Under the pieces are notes generated by a model. The model searched no databases. It was not told where the DNA came from and saw only the letters and a list, made by a program, of their open reading frames with translations. Shown piece after piece: positions 39,179 through 52,682 of a stretch of 64,000 bases of DNA; the stretch's first letter is position 1; each line of letters begins with the position of its first letter. Origin of the DNA: Eledone cirrhosa (taxonomy: Eukaryota); the NCBI GenBank assembly GCA_964016885.1, contig OZ024741.1, positions 72,478,001-72,542,000 of the forward strand. Direction: 5' to 3'. Made by a program: the position numbers and the translations under genes.

Positions 39179-41147
39179 GTAAAATAAAATAAAATAAGTC
39201 AAATGTTTAAAATTTGGCTACATTTATTACTGCTATATATATTTCGGTGACAGCCATCTTTGGCTGTGACCTCTTCAGGCAGTCCGAATTAGTGTGGTAT
39301 AGACGAGTACACATGTTGTTGAGGTGTATAACTTTGTCAATATTCTGATATGCCCAGTTCCTGGTTGGGTTGTTATTTCACTGAGGAACTGGAATCATAT
39401 GAATTTAAACAAACGAATTTCAGCGTCAAAGGGCCTCTTCTCCTCTCATTGGTCAGTTTTTAGAACATTCCTCAGTCAAAAGTCTATAGAAATTCGGTCT
39501 GAGGCAAGCCAATCTGTAGTTGTTGTTCTTGTTATTGTTAGGTACATCTGACATCTATTCTTATGTTGGTAGTGGTGTTGTTGTTGGAGTCAGCTCAAGA
39601 AAATGATAAAGTGGTAGAAGGAATAAGATGGTAAAGGAACAAAATAAAATAAAATAATCGAATAAAATGTGTGTGTGTGTTATAAAGATTTGTAAGGTTA
39701 CAATGTTATAAAGATTTGTAAGGTCACTCTTCCCATTGGTCAGTTTTGAGAGTATTCCTCAGTCCAAAGTCTATAGAACTTCTTTCTGGAGTGAGGCTCC
39801 CTGTAACAACACTATAGGTTGGGAACTCCCCTCAAGCCATAGGGATCAACCCAGGCTGAGCAGACACCATGATAGCCTAGAGATTGATTCTGACACAGCC
39901 TTTATAATTTGGCCGACATCTTTATAACACACACACATTTTACTATACTTGATTTTTCATTTTTCATTTTTGAATTCTCATTATTCATTTGTTATTTGTT
40001 TGCTGTTTTCTTCACTTTATCACCTTATATTTATATTTATATCTAAGTTGAGATTGGTTATAACACACACACATTTTATTTGATTATCCTATTTCGCTTT
40101 ATTCTTTTACCATCTTGTTCCTCCTACCAGTTTATCCAACATATTTCTGACCTTGAGATTAGTTATAGCACACACACATTTTATCTTATTTTATTTGAAT
40201 CTTCATTTTTATTTTTCACTTTTCATTTTCATTTTTCATTACTTTTTCATTACTTTTTCATTAATTTTTCATTTATTCTTTATTCTCTATTTATTATTTA
40301 TTTTCTGTTTTCTTCATTTTATTGCGTTCTATTTCTTCATATACATGGCAGATCCCCCCCCCCCACCACCACCACGGGAGATGGTGGCAGGAGGGATGAA
40401 GAAACACACACACAGATACTTCTAAATTGTCAGCAACAGCTGACCACAACACCAACAACACTACCAAAATAAGGGTAGAGGTCAGGTGTACTTAACAATA
40501 GCAAACACAAACACTACAGGGAGCCTCACCCCAGAAAGAAGTTCTATAGACTTTGGACTGAGGAATACTCTCAAAACTGACTAATGGGAAGAGTGACCTT
40601 ACAAATCTTTATAACATTGTAACCTTACAAATCTTTATAACACACACACACACATTTTATTCGATTATTTTATTTTATTTTGTTCCTTTACCATCTTATT
40701 CCTTCTACCACTTTATCATTTTCTTGGGCTGACTCCAACAACAACACCACTACCAACATAAGAATAGAGGTCAGATGTACCTAACAATAACAAGAACAAC
40801 AACTACAGATTGGCTTGCCTCAGACTGAATTTCTATAGACTTTTGACTGAGGAATGTTCTAACAACTGACCAATGAGAGGAGAAGAGGCCCTTTGACGCT
40901 GAAATTCGTTTGTTTAAATTCATATGATTCCAGTTCCTCAGTGAAATAACAACCCAACCAGGAACTGGGCATATCAGAGTATTGACAAAGTTATACACCT
41001 CAGCAACATGTGTACTCATCTTTACCACACTAATTCGGACTGCCTGAAGAGGTCACAGCCAAAGATGGCTGTCACCGAAATATATATAGCAGTAATAAAC
41101 GAAGCCAAATTTTAAACATTTGACTTATTTTATTTTATTTTATTTTA
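39179..41147. mobile_element. Non-coding element with ~625-bp inverted repeats, each with an outward-facing HHR
   Basis: 39179-39806 is the reverse complement of 40515-41147. The spacer contains sub-repeats of the arms. Confidence 0.85.
41039..41093 (+). ncRNA. Canonical type-I HHR (mirror copy at 39229-39283 on -)
   Basis: ACTGC-CTGAAGA-GGTCACAGCCA aaga TGGCTGTCACC-GAAA-TATATA-TA-GCAGT. Confidence 0.85.
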
Positions 41148-41876
41148 TATATATATACGTTTATACATACATACATACAGGTACACACACACACACCCAC
41201 ACGCACACATATATATGTTTTTAAGCATATTTATATATATATAAGCAGAGAAGAGCTAATGTTATTGCTTGTCAAATGTGGAGGAGCAGTTTAAGTATAT
41301 ATTTTGGCGCCACATTGTCTGTTGGTTGGCAATCTTAGATTGACAGAAATAATTGTTTTTTCTTTTGGCACAAGGCCAGCAATTATTCCAGTGTATTACT
41401 GGTATGTTATTTTATCGACCCCGTAAGGATGAAAGGCAAAGTTAACCTCCGCGGGATTTGAACTCGCTACCGATACTGATACCGATACTGCCAATCCACC
41501 TAGTCCATGAAAGACAAAATTTGTCAGAACATTACACACACGCACATACACACACACACACATATATATATGTTTTATATATGCTTATGTGCGTCCGTGT
41601 GTGTTGTCTGTCTGTGCGTGTTTAGCTCGTGTTTTGCATGTCTTCGACTTGTGTGTGTTTGTTACGTTACCACTGACCCCCCCTCCCCCCCCCCCTCTCT
41701 CTCTCTCTCTATGTATATATATATATATATATGCACAGAGAGAGAGAGGGAGAGAATATTTCAAGGATTGATGGAAAAAGGGATTACGTCAGTTTCGTTT
41801 GTTGTTAGAGAGGTTTAGAAGGGCGATATTGTTGCTATTAAGTCTTTATGCGTGTGTACGTGTGTGTCTGTGTGTG

Positions 41877-41927
<51 letters not shown>

Positions 41928-42053
41928 ATAATAAGTTGGCGGGACTAGCATAAGTTCCCCATCGCAGCGCACTCAATAGGTAAGGTTATGTAAAAATCCC
42001 AGAGTAGTTATTTGCTTCAATACAACACACGTAAATGGGTACCATACATCTAT

Positions 42054-42119
42054 ACCCGTACTCGAGTTTCGGCCACACTTAAAGCAGCAGAATCGGTGCA
42101 TGTGGCTTCATTAGCGGGT
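42054..42119 (-). ncRNA. HHR motif with G5>A core change
   Basis: ACCCG-CTAATGA-AGCCACAT...GTGTGGCC-GAAA-CTCGAG-TA-CGGGT. Confidence 0.75.
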
Positions 42120-42818
42120 CACGCCTAATCAATAACTAATCGATCGACGGAATTCGATTCCAGTCCGTGCTGCCTATGATAGTGAATGCGACAGGCGTCA
42201 TAGTAGAACATAAGTAACTGAAATCCCTACGCGTCAACCGATTGGCCACTGGTTCAAAATTTTACGTGATGGTAAGAGTCGAAATTCTATTCATTCCGCC
42301 CCTGCATAAGGATTCAGGACTCCCCAACATATCTCAAGTCAAACACAAATTAGCAAGTGAATGAAAAAAAGTTTATTAGAGAAAATCTGTCTCGAATCGT
42401 TGTACAATAGAATGGTAGCATTCTCCTCTAGTCTCCAGGTACTATGGCATATACGGTACGATAATAAACAATCTCCTGTGACACTAAACTCTGCCAGTTG
42501 CAGACTGCGCATTAACATGTGCTATTTCTCTCCACAAAGTTCGCTCACTAGCAGCAGAGTTCAAAGAGCAAATATCAAGTCCAGTCCATGAATTGACACT
42601 GTCAAGCCATCGCTTTGGCTGCCGGTCTTTACTTCTCTTACCAGCTAACCTTCCTTCTAGGCATAACCTAAGTGCCTAAAACCTGTCCGGACATTAAAAG
42701 CTAACAGGCAATTAGACAGCGATATAGAATTAATGCGCTGGTTAGAATTCGAATTCAAATTTGGATATTTTGACCAACCTTGTGCGTAAGACTGATCAAT
42801 TTCATAACTTGTACGATA

Positions 42819-42987
42819 CGCAGGTCGGCAGGAAAATTCGTAGGCTGACTATAAAGCCTAGAGCTATGAATTCTTGCATGCATAAATTTCAACTTTTCTT
42901 TTCAGGGAATATGTTGTAAAATTAATATCATTTGGGCAATCCATAAGAGTATCATGGTCAGCCTATAAAATTTTCAGCCGATCCTCG
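42819..42987. mobile_element. Tc1/mariner-type MITE
   Basis: Imperfect ~31-bp TIRs (CGCAGGTCGGCAGGAAAATTCGTAGGCTGAC / GTCAGCCTATAAAATTTTCAGCCGATCCTCG) with TA on both sides. Confidence 0.7.
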
Positions 42988-43219
42988 TACATACACACAG
43001 ACATACAGACACACACACATAGACACAAACACACACGCGCGCGCACACACACACATATATATATATATGTGTATGTGTACACATACGCACACAACACAAA
43101 CATTCCTATATCTATATATGACTAGTTCTCTCTCTCTCTTTCTCCCTCTCTATGTATGTAAGTATGTATGTATGTATGTATGTATGTATGTATGTATGTA
43201 TGTATGTATGTATGTATGT

Positions 43220-43775
43220 CGGGTCAATCTTGAGTGCTACTGGTAACATGTAACCCAGTACAACCTGTTGCATGGTCGGGTCGTCGGCGACTAAACCGGC
43301 AACCCCACCAATTTTACTTGGTGAGGAGGGTGATTTTGGACACCATGCAGGACAAAAAGCAAAACCTGACAAAGGGCGGAAGAATTCATAAGGGTCAACG
43401 GCCATCCAAAAGTGTGTAAATATGTATATATACACATGTACATGTGTATGTATATGTATATGTGTATATGCATGAGTGCATGTGTATGTATATGTGCGGG
43501 GACATAGAAATAGTCGGGCTGGACACCCGATCGCGCGGTTAAACCACTGGAAGTGAAGGACCCCTAGCCTTTGTCAAGGCATTCTTCTAGGAGAAGGCAA
43601 TTCAGGAAACTGGGATAATTCCGATATAAAACCTGAGGCTCAGTAGATACCGATGATGTTGATCTTTTCTTCTTTTCGGGTTATAGCTACTGTCGCTCAG
43701 AGAGTGGGATTGGCTCAGTGCACAGTCTTTCCTCACTTTAAAAAATATCTTCACGCACAGGCATTGTACGATATA
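43220..43775 (+). mobile_element. Probable non-coding ends of RTE-type LINEs or derived SINEs (two pieces)
   Basis: GC-richer blocks between microsatellites that resemble RTE 5' UTR sequence. Recognised from memory only. Confidence 0.3.
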
Positions 43776-43876
43776 ATTAATTAATAATTATTAATAATGG
43801 TATATCGTGCAATGGTCATACTCGATAACGAGGGGGCAGCCATCATGTATGTATGTATCTATCTACCTAAGAAACA

Positions 43877-43917
<41 letters not shown>

Positions 43918-44258
43918 CTAGATATATGTTCGTGTGTGTACACGCACTGATACACGCGAGCGCTCATATACAGACACGGACACACACACACACATATATA
44001 TATATGTATTCAAAGCTGAACTTGATTGATATACTACTCAGAGTTTTTCATTCCCGATTCTATACCCCGCCCCTCGTGTATGTATATGAATTTATGACAG
44101 GATATCTATTACAAAGTTACACAGCCACCATCATCCCAACTACCCCCAACATCACAACAACCACTACCATCACCACTACAACCACGACGACGGCGACAAC
44201 ACATCGCCTACACCACTACAAACGACCATCAAGTACTACAACAGAAAAAAACTACTAT

Positions 44259-44334
<76 letters not shown>

Positions 44335-44588
44335 CGGTCATACCACAAACGACTTTTAATTAGTTCTTAAGCTTTCATTTCTTCCCTTACTAAACACACA
44401 CTCGTTGGTACACAGCACCGTATACATATATACATATTAACATATGTCTACACATAGATACACACACATATATATATATATGTATGCCGTAGTCCGTTGT
44501 GTAGAAAAAAAAAGAAATAGAAAGACTAAAGAAAAGAATTCCGTCACCCTTTAAGTTTTCAGTTTACCATTCTACATGTATATGTGGT

Positions 44589-45350
44589 ATGTTGAACCTC
44601 CGTAGGTTCTGACAACGAGTTATCTTCATGTGTTGAACCTCAGTAGGTTCTGACAACGAGTTATCTTCATGTGTTGAACCTCTGTAGGTTCTGACAACGA
44701 GTTATCTTCATGTGTTGAACCTCAGTAGGTTCTGACAACGAGTTATCTTCATGTGTTGAACCTCTGTAGGTTCTGACAACGAGTTATCTTCATGTGTTGA
44801 ACCTCAGTAGGTTCTGACAACGAGTTATCTTCATGTGTTGAACCTCTGTAGGTTCTGACAACGAGTTATCTTCATGTGTTGAACCTCTGTAGGTTCTGAC
44901 AACGAGTTATCTTCATGTGTTGAACCTCAGTAGGTTCTGACAACGAGTTATGTTCTTGTGTTGAACCTCTGTAGGTTCTGACAACGAGTTATCTTCATGT
45001 GTTGAACCTCCGTAGGTTCTGACAACGAGTTACCTTCATGTGTTGAACCTCTGTAGGTTCTGACGAGTTACCTTCATGTGTTGAACCTCCGTAGGTTCTG
45101 ACAACGAGTTATCTTCATGTGTTGAACCTCCATCGGTTTGGCAACGAGTTACCTTCATGTGTTGAACCTCTGTAGGTTCTGACGAGTTATCTTCATGTGT
45201 TGAACCTCCGGAGGTTCTGAGGAGTTATCTTCATGTGTTGAACCTCCGGAGGTTCTGACGAGTTATCTTCATGTGTTGAACCTCTGTGGGTTCTGACAAC
45301 GAATAATATATTCATGTGTTGAACCTCCGTAGGTTCGACAACGAGTTATC
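44589..45350. repeat. 41-bp minisatellite, ~19 copies, hairpin-containing
   Basis: Unit GTTGAACCTCHGTAGGTTCTGACAACGAGTTATCTTCATGT, with some 38-bp variants. Confidence 0.95.
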
Positions 45351-46056
45351 TAGTTATTCCAACAACGGAACAGTCTGCTCAGACTTGTAAACTCTCCCCC
45401 TCCGACGGGGAGATCTCCCACACACTTTGGAGTGGGTGAGAGATGTCTTCTCTTGTGAAAATAGGGATAGCTTTCATTATGTAAAATCTCCTCATTTTGT
45501 CTCATTTCTCCCCGTTTTGGGGGCACTTTTTTTCATTTGACTCCCGGTTTGGATATTTAGAGGTTGGCAGATCTGGTCTGACATGCATTTCCAGGGAGAT
45601 TCAGCAAGAAAACAGAAGGTAACATACCTGGCCTTTTGAATTATAGAGATAACTTATTTTTTTCAGCTGTGTCAACAGGAGCAACGTGATATAATGTATT
45701 ATGTACAATGACACAACGCACTGCTGGGAATGGAACTCATGTCCTTACGACCGTGTGCCAAACACCGTAACCATTAATTCACATGCCTTTGTGACACTGC
45801 GAGTGAGAGATGCAAGATTTATTCTCAGCCTGGGAATACCAGGGAATTCTAATGAAGTATTTCTCGCTGCGATGTGAACCTAATAACATTAGAAATTTAA
45901 TCGGCCATGTTATAAAAATGGCGTTAGTTTACTCAGAATTTTAATTTCTTATAAACGAATTTGTACAATTATAGAGCTGGTTGGTTTGATAGTATGATGG
46001 CTGTAAATATATATATTCTCTATTGGGAGTTTTGCAGTTAATGTAATTCAAATTAG

Positions 46057-46188
<132 letters not shown>

Positions 46189-46466
46189 CTTTGTATATAT
46201 GTATACATGTATATATGTATAATTCAATTTAGAATAGATTTCCTATGAGGAATTTCAGTATTGCAGGTTGCGAAGTTATTATCAATTGCTATTTTATAGC
46301 TAGCAATGCATGTATATATATATATGGAGATTTTCAATTGTTGGATTTATCACAAACCATAGATATAGTGCAACTGAACCAATATCCAGAAAACAGGAGC
46401 TGACTACAAATGTGACAAAAAGGAAAAAAAATACTACATAAAGAAAATAAATCAATTAAAATAAAG

Positions 46467-46532
<66 letters not shown>

Positions 46533-46649
46533 TTCTGTTTACATGCCAACACAAGAACAAGAATAAGGGGCTCATTCTACTGACATGGATTTAAAAATAA
46601 CGCTTGTTTGCATAATTGCAAACGAATCGAATGTTATTATTAATATTCG

Positions 46650-46842
46650 AGGGCGGTGGATTGGCAGTATCGGTAGAGTGTCGGACGCCATGCTTTCTAG
46701 CATAGTTACGGCCCTTTACGATCTGAGTTCAAATCCCGCCGAGGCTGACTTTGCCTTTCATCCTTACGGGGTCGATAAAATAAAGTACCAGTAATGCACT
46801 GGGTAATTGCTGGCCTTGTGCCTAAAGTAGAAACAATTATTA
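46650..46842 (+). mobile_element. SINE family A, full length (others at ~35650-35805, 41355-41500, 47450-47628, 48262-48415)
   Basis: GGGCGGTGGATTGGCAGTATCGG head, B-box, and (ATT)n-like tail. Confidence 0.85.
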
Positions 46843-47385
46843 ATATTCGAAAAACTCAGATTACATTTATATATATATATAAAATAGAAAAAACGGGGAA
46901 GTTTCGTTTACATGTAAAACATATTTATTGCGTATCGACCTGTTACGCGCGTTTCGCAGAGGATTGGCTCAAGGTGACCATATATATATATACATATATA
47001 TATATATATCCAAAATTAAATTAAGGGTTTCATGTCTGAGAGACATGCGCCATATCCACTGTAGAATATGCTTACTGGGATGACGCTGGTACGATGTGTG
47101 TATTTTTAAAAAATGCAACACGTGCTACGAGTCATTCACAGATTTGCATTTGCTGTGTAAACACAGATAGTTAAATCTTCTCCTTTGTTGAAAATCCAGG
47201 ATTTGACTACTGTGATTTACCGATTGATGGTGAAATATATTTCTTTAATGAAATATATATAAAGGAGATAATCATTTTAAAAGGTATCGATATTTGAAGT
47301 TCTAGTTAAACTTTAATTAGTTACCTACCTAGCTGTGTGTGCTCACACACTTTACAAATTATTCCCAATGATTGTTTCGTATGTT

Positions 47386-47449
<64 letters not shown>

Positions 47450-47629
47450 CTGTTTCTACTTTAGGCACAAGGCCAGCAATCACCCAGTGCATTACTGGTA
47501 CTTTATTTTATCGACCCCGTAAGGATGAAAGGCAAAGTCAACCTCGGCGGGATTTGAACTCAGATCGTAAAGGGACGTAACTATGCTGGAAAGCATGGTG
47601 TCTGACCCTCTACCGATACTGCCAATCCA

Positions 47630-47822
47630 AAAGGAATTGTGGTAAGGAACCGGATGGACCATAACGCACCAGAGTACTCAATACTTAGGGTAGTAGAGTG
47701 GAAAATAAGAAAAAGTATGACCCTGACGGCAGAGCTCAAGCCGGCTATTTCTGGCAATTTCAGTCCAGAAATAGCCGTCGAAACGGCTTGAGCTCTGCCG
47801 TCGGGTGTCATTCTTTTTCATA
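47630..47822. mobile_element. Family Y fold-back element
   Basis: Homologous to 61118-61363. Confidence 0.8.
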
Positions 47823-49662
47823 TATATATATATATATGTCAATAAATTTCTAGTTGATATATATATATGTATATGTATGTATGTGTGTGTGTGTGTGTAG
47901 CTTTTGCAATAACCATTTAGAGTATTTCACTGGTGATATATATTTTGGAGGAGGCAATCGGTAGTTCATTTAGCCACACTGCATCAAGTTTCTGGTGTTT
48001 GCTTTCATTCCAAGGGTGACATCTCCTCAGAATGTCTCCATGTAATCTTAGGGAGATGCATTTACAACCTTGTCTGTGTGGCCGTTCATACTTCGATATA
48101 ATGCTTATGGGTTTCATACAAACATATAGTTAACAATCTTACATTCTTATAATTTCTTACGACAACAAAGCTTTTCAATTAATGCTTGAAGCTCGTATTT
48201 GAGAGCAGTCAGTTTACTTAGCAGTTTCCATAGATTTTGAATTGTCTATCATAGAGTTACATAGGCGATGGATTGGCAGTGTCGTAAGAACGTCGGATAG
48301 AATGCTTTGCGATATTCGTTTGGCCTCTCTGCGTTCTGAGTTTAAATCCCGCCGAGTTCAACTTTGTTTTTCATTTCTTTGAGGTCGATAGAAAAAGTAC
48401 CAGTTTAGTACTAGGGCCAATTTTTCTTCTGTATCACTTCTTCATTTCCTCTCTGTTACTCTCTCTCTCCTTCTCTGGAAGAAATCGGTTGTATTCAGAC
48501 CTGGAGAAAGGATGGGCTTCACCAGGTTTAAAACGCCCAAGAAACAATATGTTACTACAGCATCTCTACAACTCCATCAGGAGTTACAGGTCATTCATTC
48601 ATACATCATAGGCACAGCTGGTGATTCTGGGATATATTACTTTGCAACTGCTCACAGTATCCATTTTGTTTTCGGTGCTTTTCCATAGGCAGTCAATTTT
48701 CCTTTGAAGGTAGGTGATTCTATTTCAGCTGTATATTTTCGCTGCGATTGATCCTTGTTACTCCCATTTGCTGTCGAATGGTTACTGCAACACAATACAA
48801 TATAATATTCGAAGTGAAAATGCTGGGGGCGCGCGTCATTTTGTTCTAAGTGTTCTTTAACAGCTTGATCGATTAGAACTAACATTGAGTCTGTAGGTTT
48901 GCTATCGATTCCTGCAATAATTTTGTTTTTCCTGTAGCGGTATGTCTCTGTAAATAACGGAAGTTTTACTTAAATGATGCTGTGAGTTCTGTTTTTAGTT
49001 GTTTGCAATTTTCATACATTTTTATTTAACACGCCTTTTAGTGTGTTAGCAGCAGTTATGTATCACTGTGTTCATAGTTCGGTCGTCGCTTATGTTCCTA
49101 GCAACATTCTTGAAGGCAGGATCTACTGGGCCGCTGATAATTTGTTCGTTGCACTGATTTAGTAGTTGGTTTTGCTGGGTAGATTAGTATATTTCTTCTC
49201 AATTAATGTGGTTTGTTGGCAGGGTTGATTTCCAGTTAAGTTTGAGAAGATCTGGTATTTTTCATCCCAGTACTCTTTCAATCTCAATGTATATCTTATT
49301 GGGGTGTCATCCCGAGATATTTTGTACTATCGGTACAGATCATAATTCAATTCAAACATCAACTGGAGTTTCTTTCAATAGTTCTGCAACCTCCTATAGC
49401 ATATTCCTTTTATCTGTTAAGCCGTAGCAAATAGGGCAGAAACTCAAATGTTGTTTATCTGTTTGACCGTTTCAAGGAGAGCCAGTTATTTTTTTCCAGG
49501 TTTGTGTTTATGGCGAATTTGGTAGGGGATAGAGAATGTTCACTATACAAAATAATGAACAGTCCCCAATGTTGCCATAGACGTCATGTATGCGTGTATG
49601 CTAATGTATGTATGTATGTATGTATGTATGTATGTATGTATGTATGTATGTATGTATGTATG

Positions 49663-49693
<31 letters not shown>

Positions 49694-49711
49694 CAATGTA
49701 TGTATGTAACA

Positions 49712-49880
49712 ATGGGCCCAGCACTATGTGTCAATAATTGTCACAAGTGTAGTGTTTGTACCAGAGTTTTCAAGTCGCTGGCTGGACTAAAAAGTCACAC
49801 TTGTTTAGCGCATCGGTAGGGGTTCTCCTGCATGGATGTAAACTAGTGGCCGTACTCGAAAACGAGTTGGCAGCCACCAT
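49712..49880 (+). mobile_element. 3' end of an RTE/BovB-like LINE (terminal C2H2 finger), second copy at 58714-58881
   Basis: Translates to [25 protein letters not shown], then a short UTR and microsatellite tail. Confidence 0.65.
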
Positions 49881-49957
49881 GTATGTATGTATGTATGTAT
49901 GTATGTATGTATGTATGTATGTATGTATGTATGTATGTATGTATGTATGTATGAATG

Positions 49958-50020
<63 letters not shown>

Positions 50021-50151
50021 AAATGATGATTTCTAAAGAATGAAACAGTTCTAGTCCTGTAAAATCTCATCTATATTAAAGCTTTATACTCTGCTATGTA
50101 TTGAGTACCTTACTTACTGTGGTTACCTCCGATTCAACCCGGAATGACTTA

Positions 50152-50209
<58 letters not shown>

Positions 50210-50258
50210 AAATAACAGATTAAAGTTTAAGCAAAGAATCGCTGCTTTCACCCTTAAC

Positions 50259-50319
<61 letters not shown>

Positions 50320-50756
50320 TTCTCTTGATTTCGAGTACATTTTGGACCGGCCACCTTCCTGGTGGCAAGGTTGTAAAAGAAAAGAAATTGTCATTCCTTG
50401 AATCGCAATAATGTTTTGCAAATCTTGAAGGTGCCAGCTATCGCAGTCATTTGTAGTCTATGAATTAGGGAGCTGCACTCTTTGTCCACAAATCCAAGAT
50501 CTGTTATACTTTAGTCCAAGCGGGTTGGTATATAACCTGTAGCGCCAATGATGATGAGTATGAAGCTGAGAGTGTATCTTGGATAGTGGCTCTGCAAACT
50601 CCTCATCAATGGTCCGTAGATGTCCTCCTTCTCCTGTATTTTTCTTATAACGTTTACATCAAGTGGGCAGCTGATATTTACAACAGAGCATGTTTTCAAA
50701 TTGTGGTCCCGAACAACAATATCAGACCGGTTGCGCTTTAATTTGGTGGCAGTTTG
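50320..50756 (-). mobile_element. 3' fragment of a restriction-like-endonuclease LINE (R4/Dong-like)
   Basis: KRNRSDIVV...VVNISCPLD.N...K..EK...Y..L...L...Y......IIIGATG matches the PD-(D/E)xK RLE pattern. Confidence 0.75.
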
Positions 50757-50916
50757 TATGTATGTATGTATGTATGTATGTATGTATGTATGTATGTATG
50801 TATGTATGTATGTATGTATGTATGTATATTTGTGTGTGAGTACGTGTGTATGTATGTGTGTATGTATGTATGCATGTATGTATGTATGAATGCATCGATA
50901 TATATATATATATATA

Positions 50917-51083
50917 ACGAAGGAGTTGTGGTAAGGAACCAGATGGACCATAGCACACCAGAGTACTCGATACTTAGGGTAGTAGAGTGGGTAACAGGAG
51001 AAAGTATGACCCCGACGGCAGAGCTCAAACTGTTTCGACACATCGAAACGGCTTGAGCTCAGCCGTCGGGGTCATACTTTCTC

Positions 51084-51087
<4 letters not shown>
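50917..51087. mobile_element. Family Y fold-back element
   Basis: Homologous to 61118-61363, with (TA)n flanks. Confidence 0.8.
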
Positions 51088-51129
<42 letters not shown>

Positions 51130-51131
<2 letters not shown>

Positions 51132-52115
51132 GATATTAAATAAATGGAAACTATATTTATAAAACCATATTTATTTCATTATATATATTTCAGGGATATC
51201 ATATTAAAAATATGGTATGCCTTCATCAGACAAAATACAATATAAACAGTCTTATAAATAGATAGATTTGACATACCTTACAACTTCAACTTCCATTTAA
51301 AAAGTTGATTTGGTAGTGAAAAATGTTAGGGACAGTTATAAAAAGAAAGAAAGAAAGAAAGCGAAGAAAAAGAAGAAATGCATGCAACTTTCTCTTATAT
51401 ACGCTTAAACTTACAAACTTTAAGAGAGAGAGAAGAGAGTGAGAGAGAGAGAGAGAGAGAGAACGTTTGTTTTTTAGTGTGGAACGGTCAAACATTTATT
51501 TCATTCAATGACAAAGAGAACTTATTACATTTCATACGAAACAACAATTATTCAAAAGCAACATAAATTTATTCAACAACAAAAAAAATAGTGATAAATC
51601 TTTTTTTAAAACATCTCTCAACGAACGTGGAAGAAAGAAGTATCAGTTCATTTACTATACACAATAATATCCTCTATGAGGTCACTAAACCTGCTAGAAA
51701 CAGCAGCTAACTCTCCCCCATATCACACCACTCCCTACTGTCTTTTTATCTCAGCTCTGATTATAAACCTAGGAATTTTAAACTAGACATATGATCATTA
51801 TTTTTCACACATTATTGATACGTGTCTCATTCATGAATACTGATATTTACATTATAATTTTTAGATATTTTTAGATTGATGAAACATGTTTTAAATCTGC
51901 CTCGTTTATCTCTGGATATTTTTCTTTTCTCTCTATGTAACGACTGTTTTCTTTCTTAACCACATATATCTCTCTCTACCTTAATACTAGAACTAAATAA
52001 ATAAATAAATAAATAAATATATCATTGATACGTCATTCAACTGGTGCCCAACTACCTATTTTCTTTCTCTCTATATCTCTATCTATATCTATCTCTCTCT
52101 ATTTTTTCTCTCTCG

Positions 52116-52182
<67 letters not shown>

Positions 52183-52544
52183 CCCTCTGTCTTTTTTCTC
52201 TCTCTATCTATCTCTCTCTGTTTTTTCTTTACATGAATTTCTTCTCTCTATCTATCTCTCTATATCTATCTCTCTCTGTTTTTCGTTGCATGCATTTCTT
52301 CTTTTTCTTCGCTTTCTTTCTTTCTTTCTTTTTATAACTGTCCCTAACATTTTTCACTACCAAATCAACTTTTTAAATGGAAGTTGAAGTTGTAAGGTAT
52401 GTCAAATCTATCTATTTATAAGACTGTTTATATTGTATTTTGTCTGATGAAGCCATACCATATTTTTAATATGATATCCCTGAAATATATATAATGAAAT
52501 AAATATGGTTTTATAAATATAGTTTCCATTTATTTAATATCGTA
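51130..52544. mobile_element. Non-coding element with ~255-bp inverted repeats, each carrying an HHR
   Basis: 51130-51388 is the reverse complement of 52285-52544. Confidence 0.85.
52436..52501 (+). ncRNA. Type-I HHR (mirror copy at 51172-51237 on -)
   Basis: TATTTTGT-CTGATGA-AG(C/G)CATACCATATT ttt AATATGATATCCCT-GAAA-TATATA-TA-ATGAAATA. Confidence 0.75.
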
Positions 52545-52627
52545 AATATACTCCAAATACTTGTTGAGTGCTTTTATATCAGTTATAAATATTTACTCGT
52601 TGTAACCCAACAATTTAAATAAAACTT

Positions 52628-52682
<55 letters not shown>

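Noticed and set aside
44589-45350. CRISPR array
   Set aside because: The hairpin repeats are contiguous with no unique spacers, there are no cas genes, and the context is eukaryotic.
46650-46745. tRNA gene
   Set aside because: The A/B-box-like head continues into a SINE body present in about 20 copies, and no full cloverleaf is evident.
47915-49510. Decayed LINE coding remnants
   Set aside because: Plausible, but no motif is clear enough to assign.
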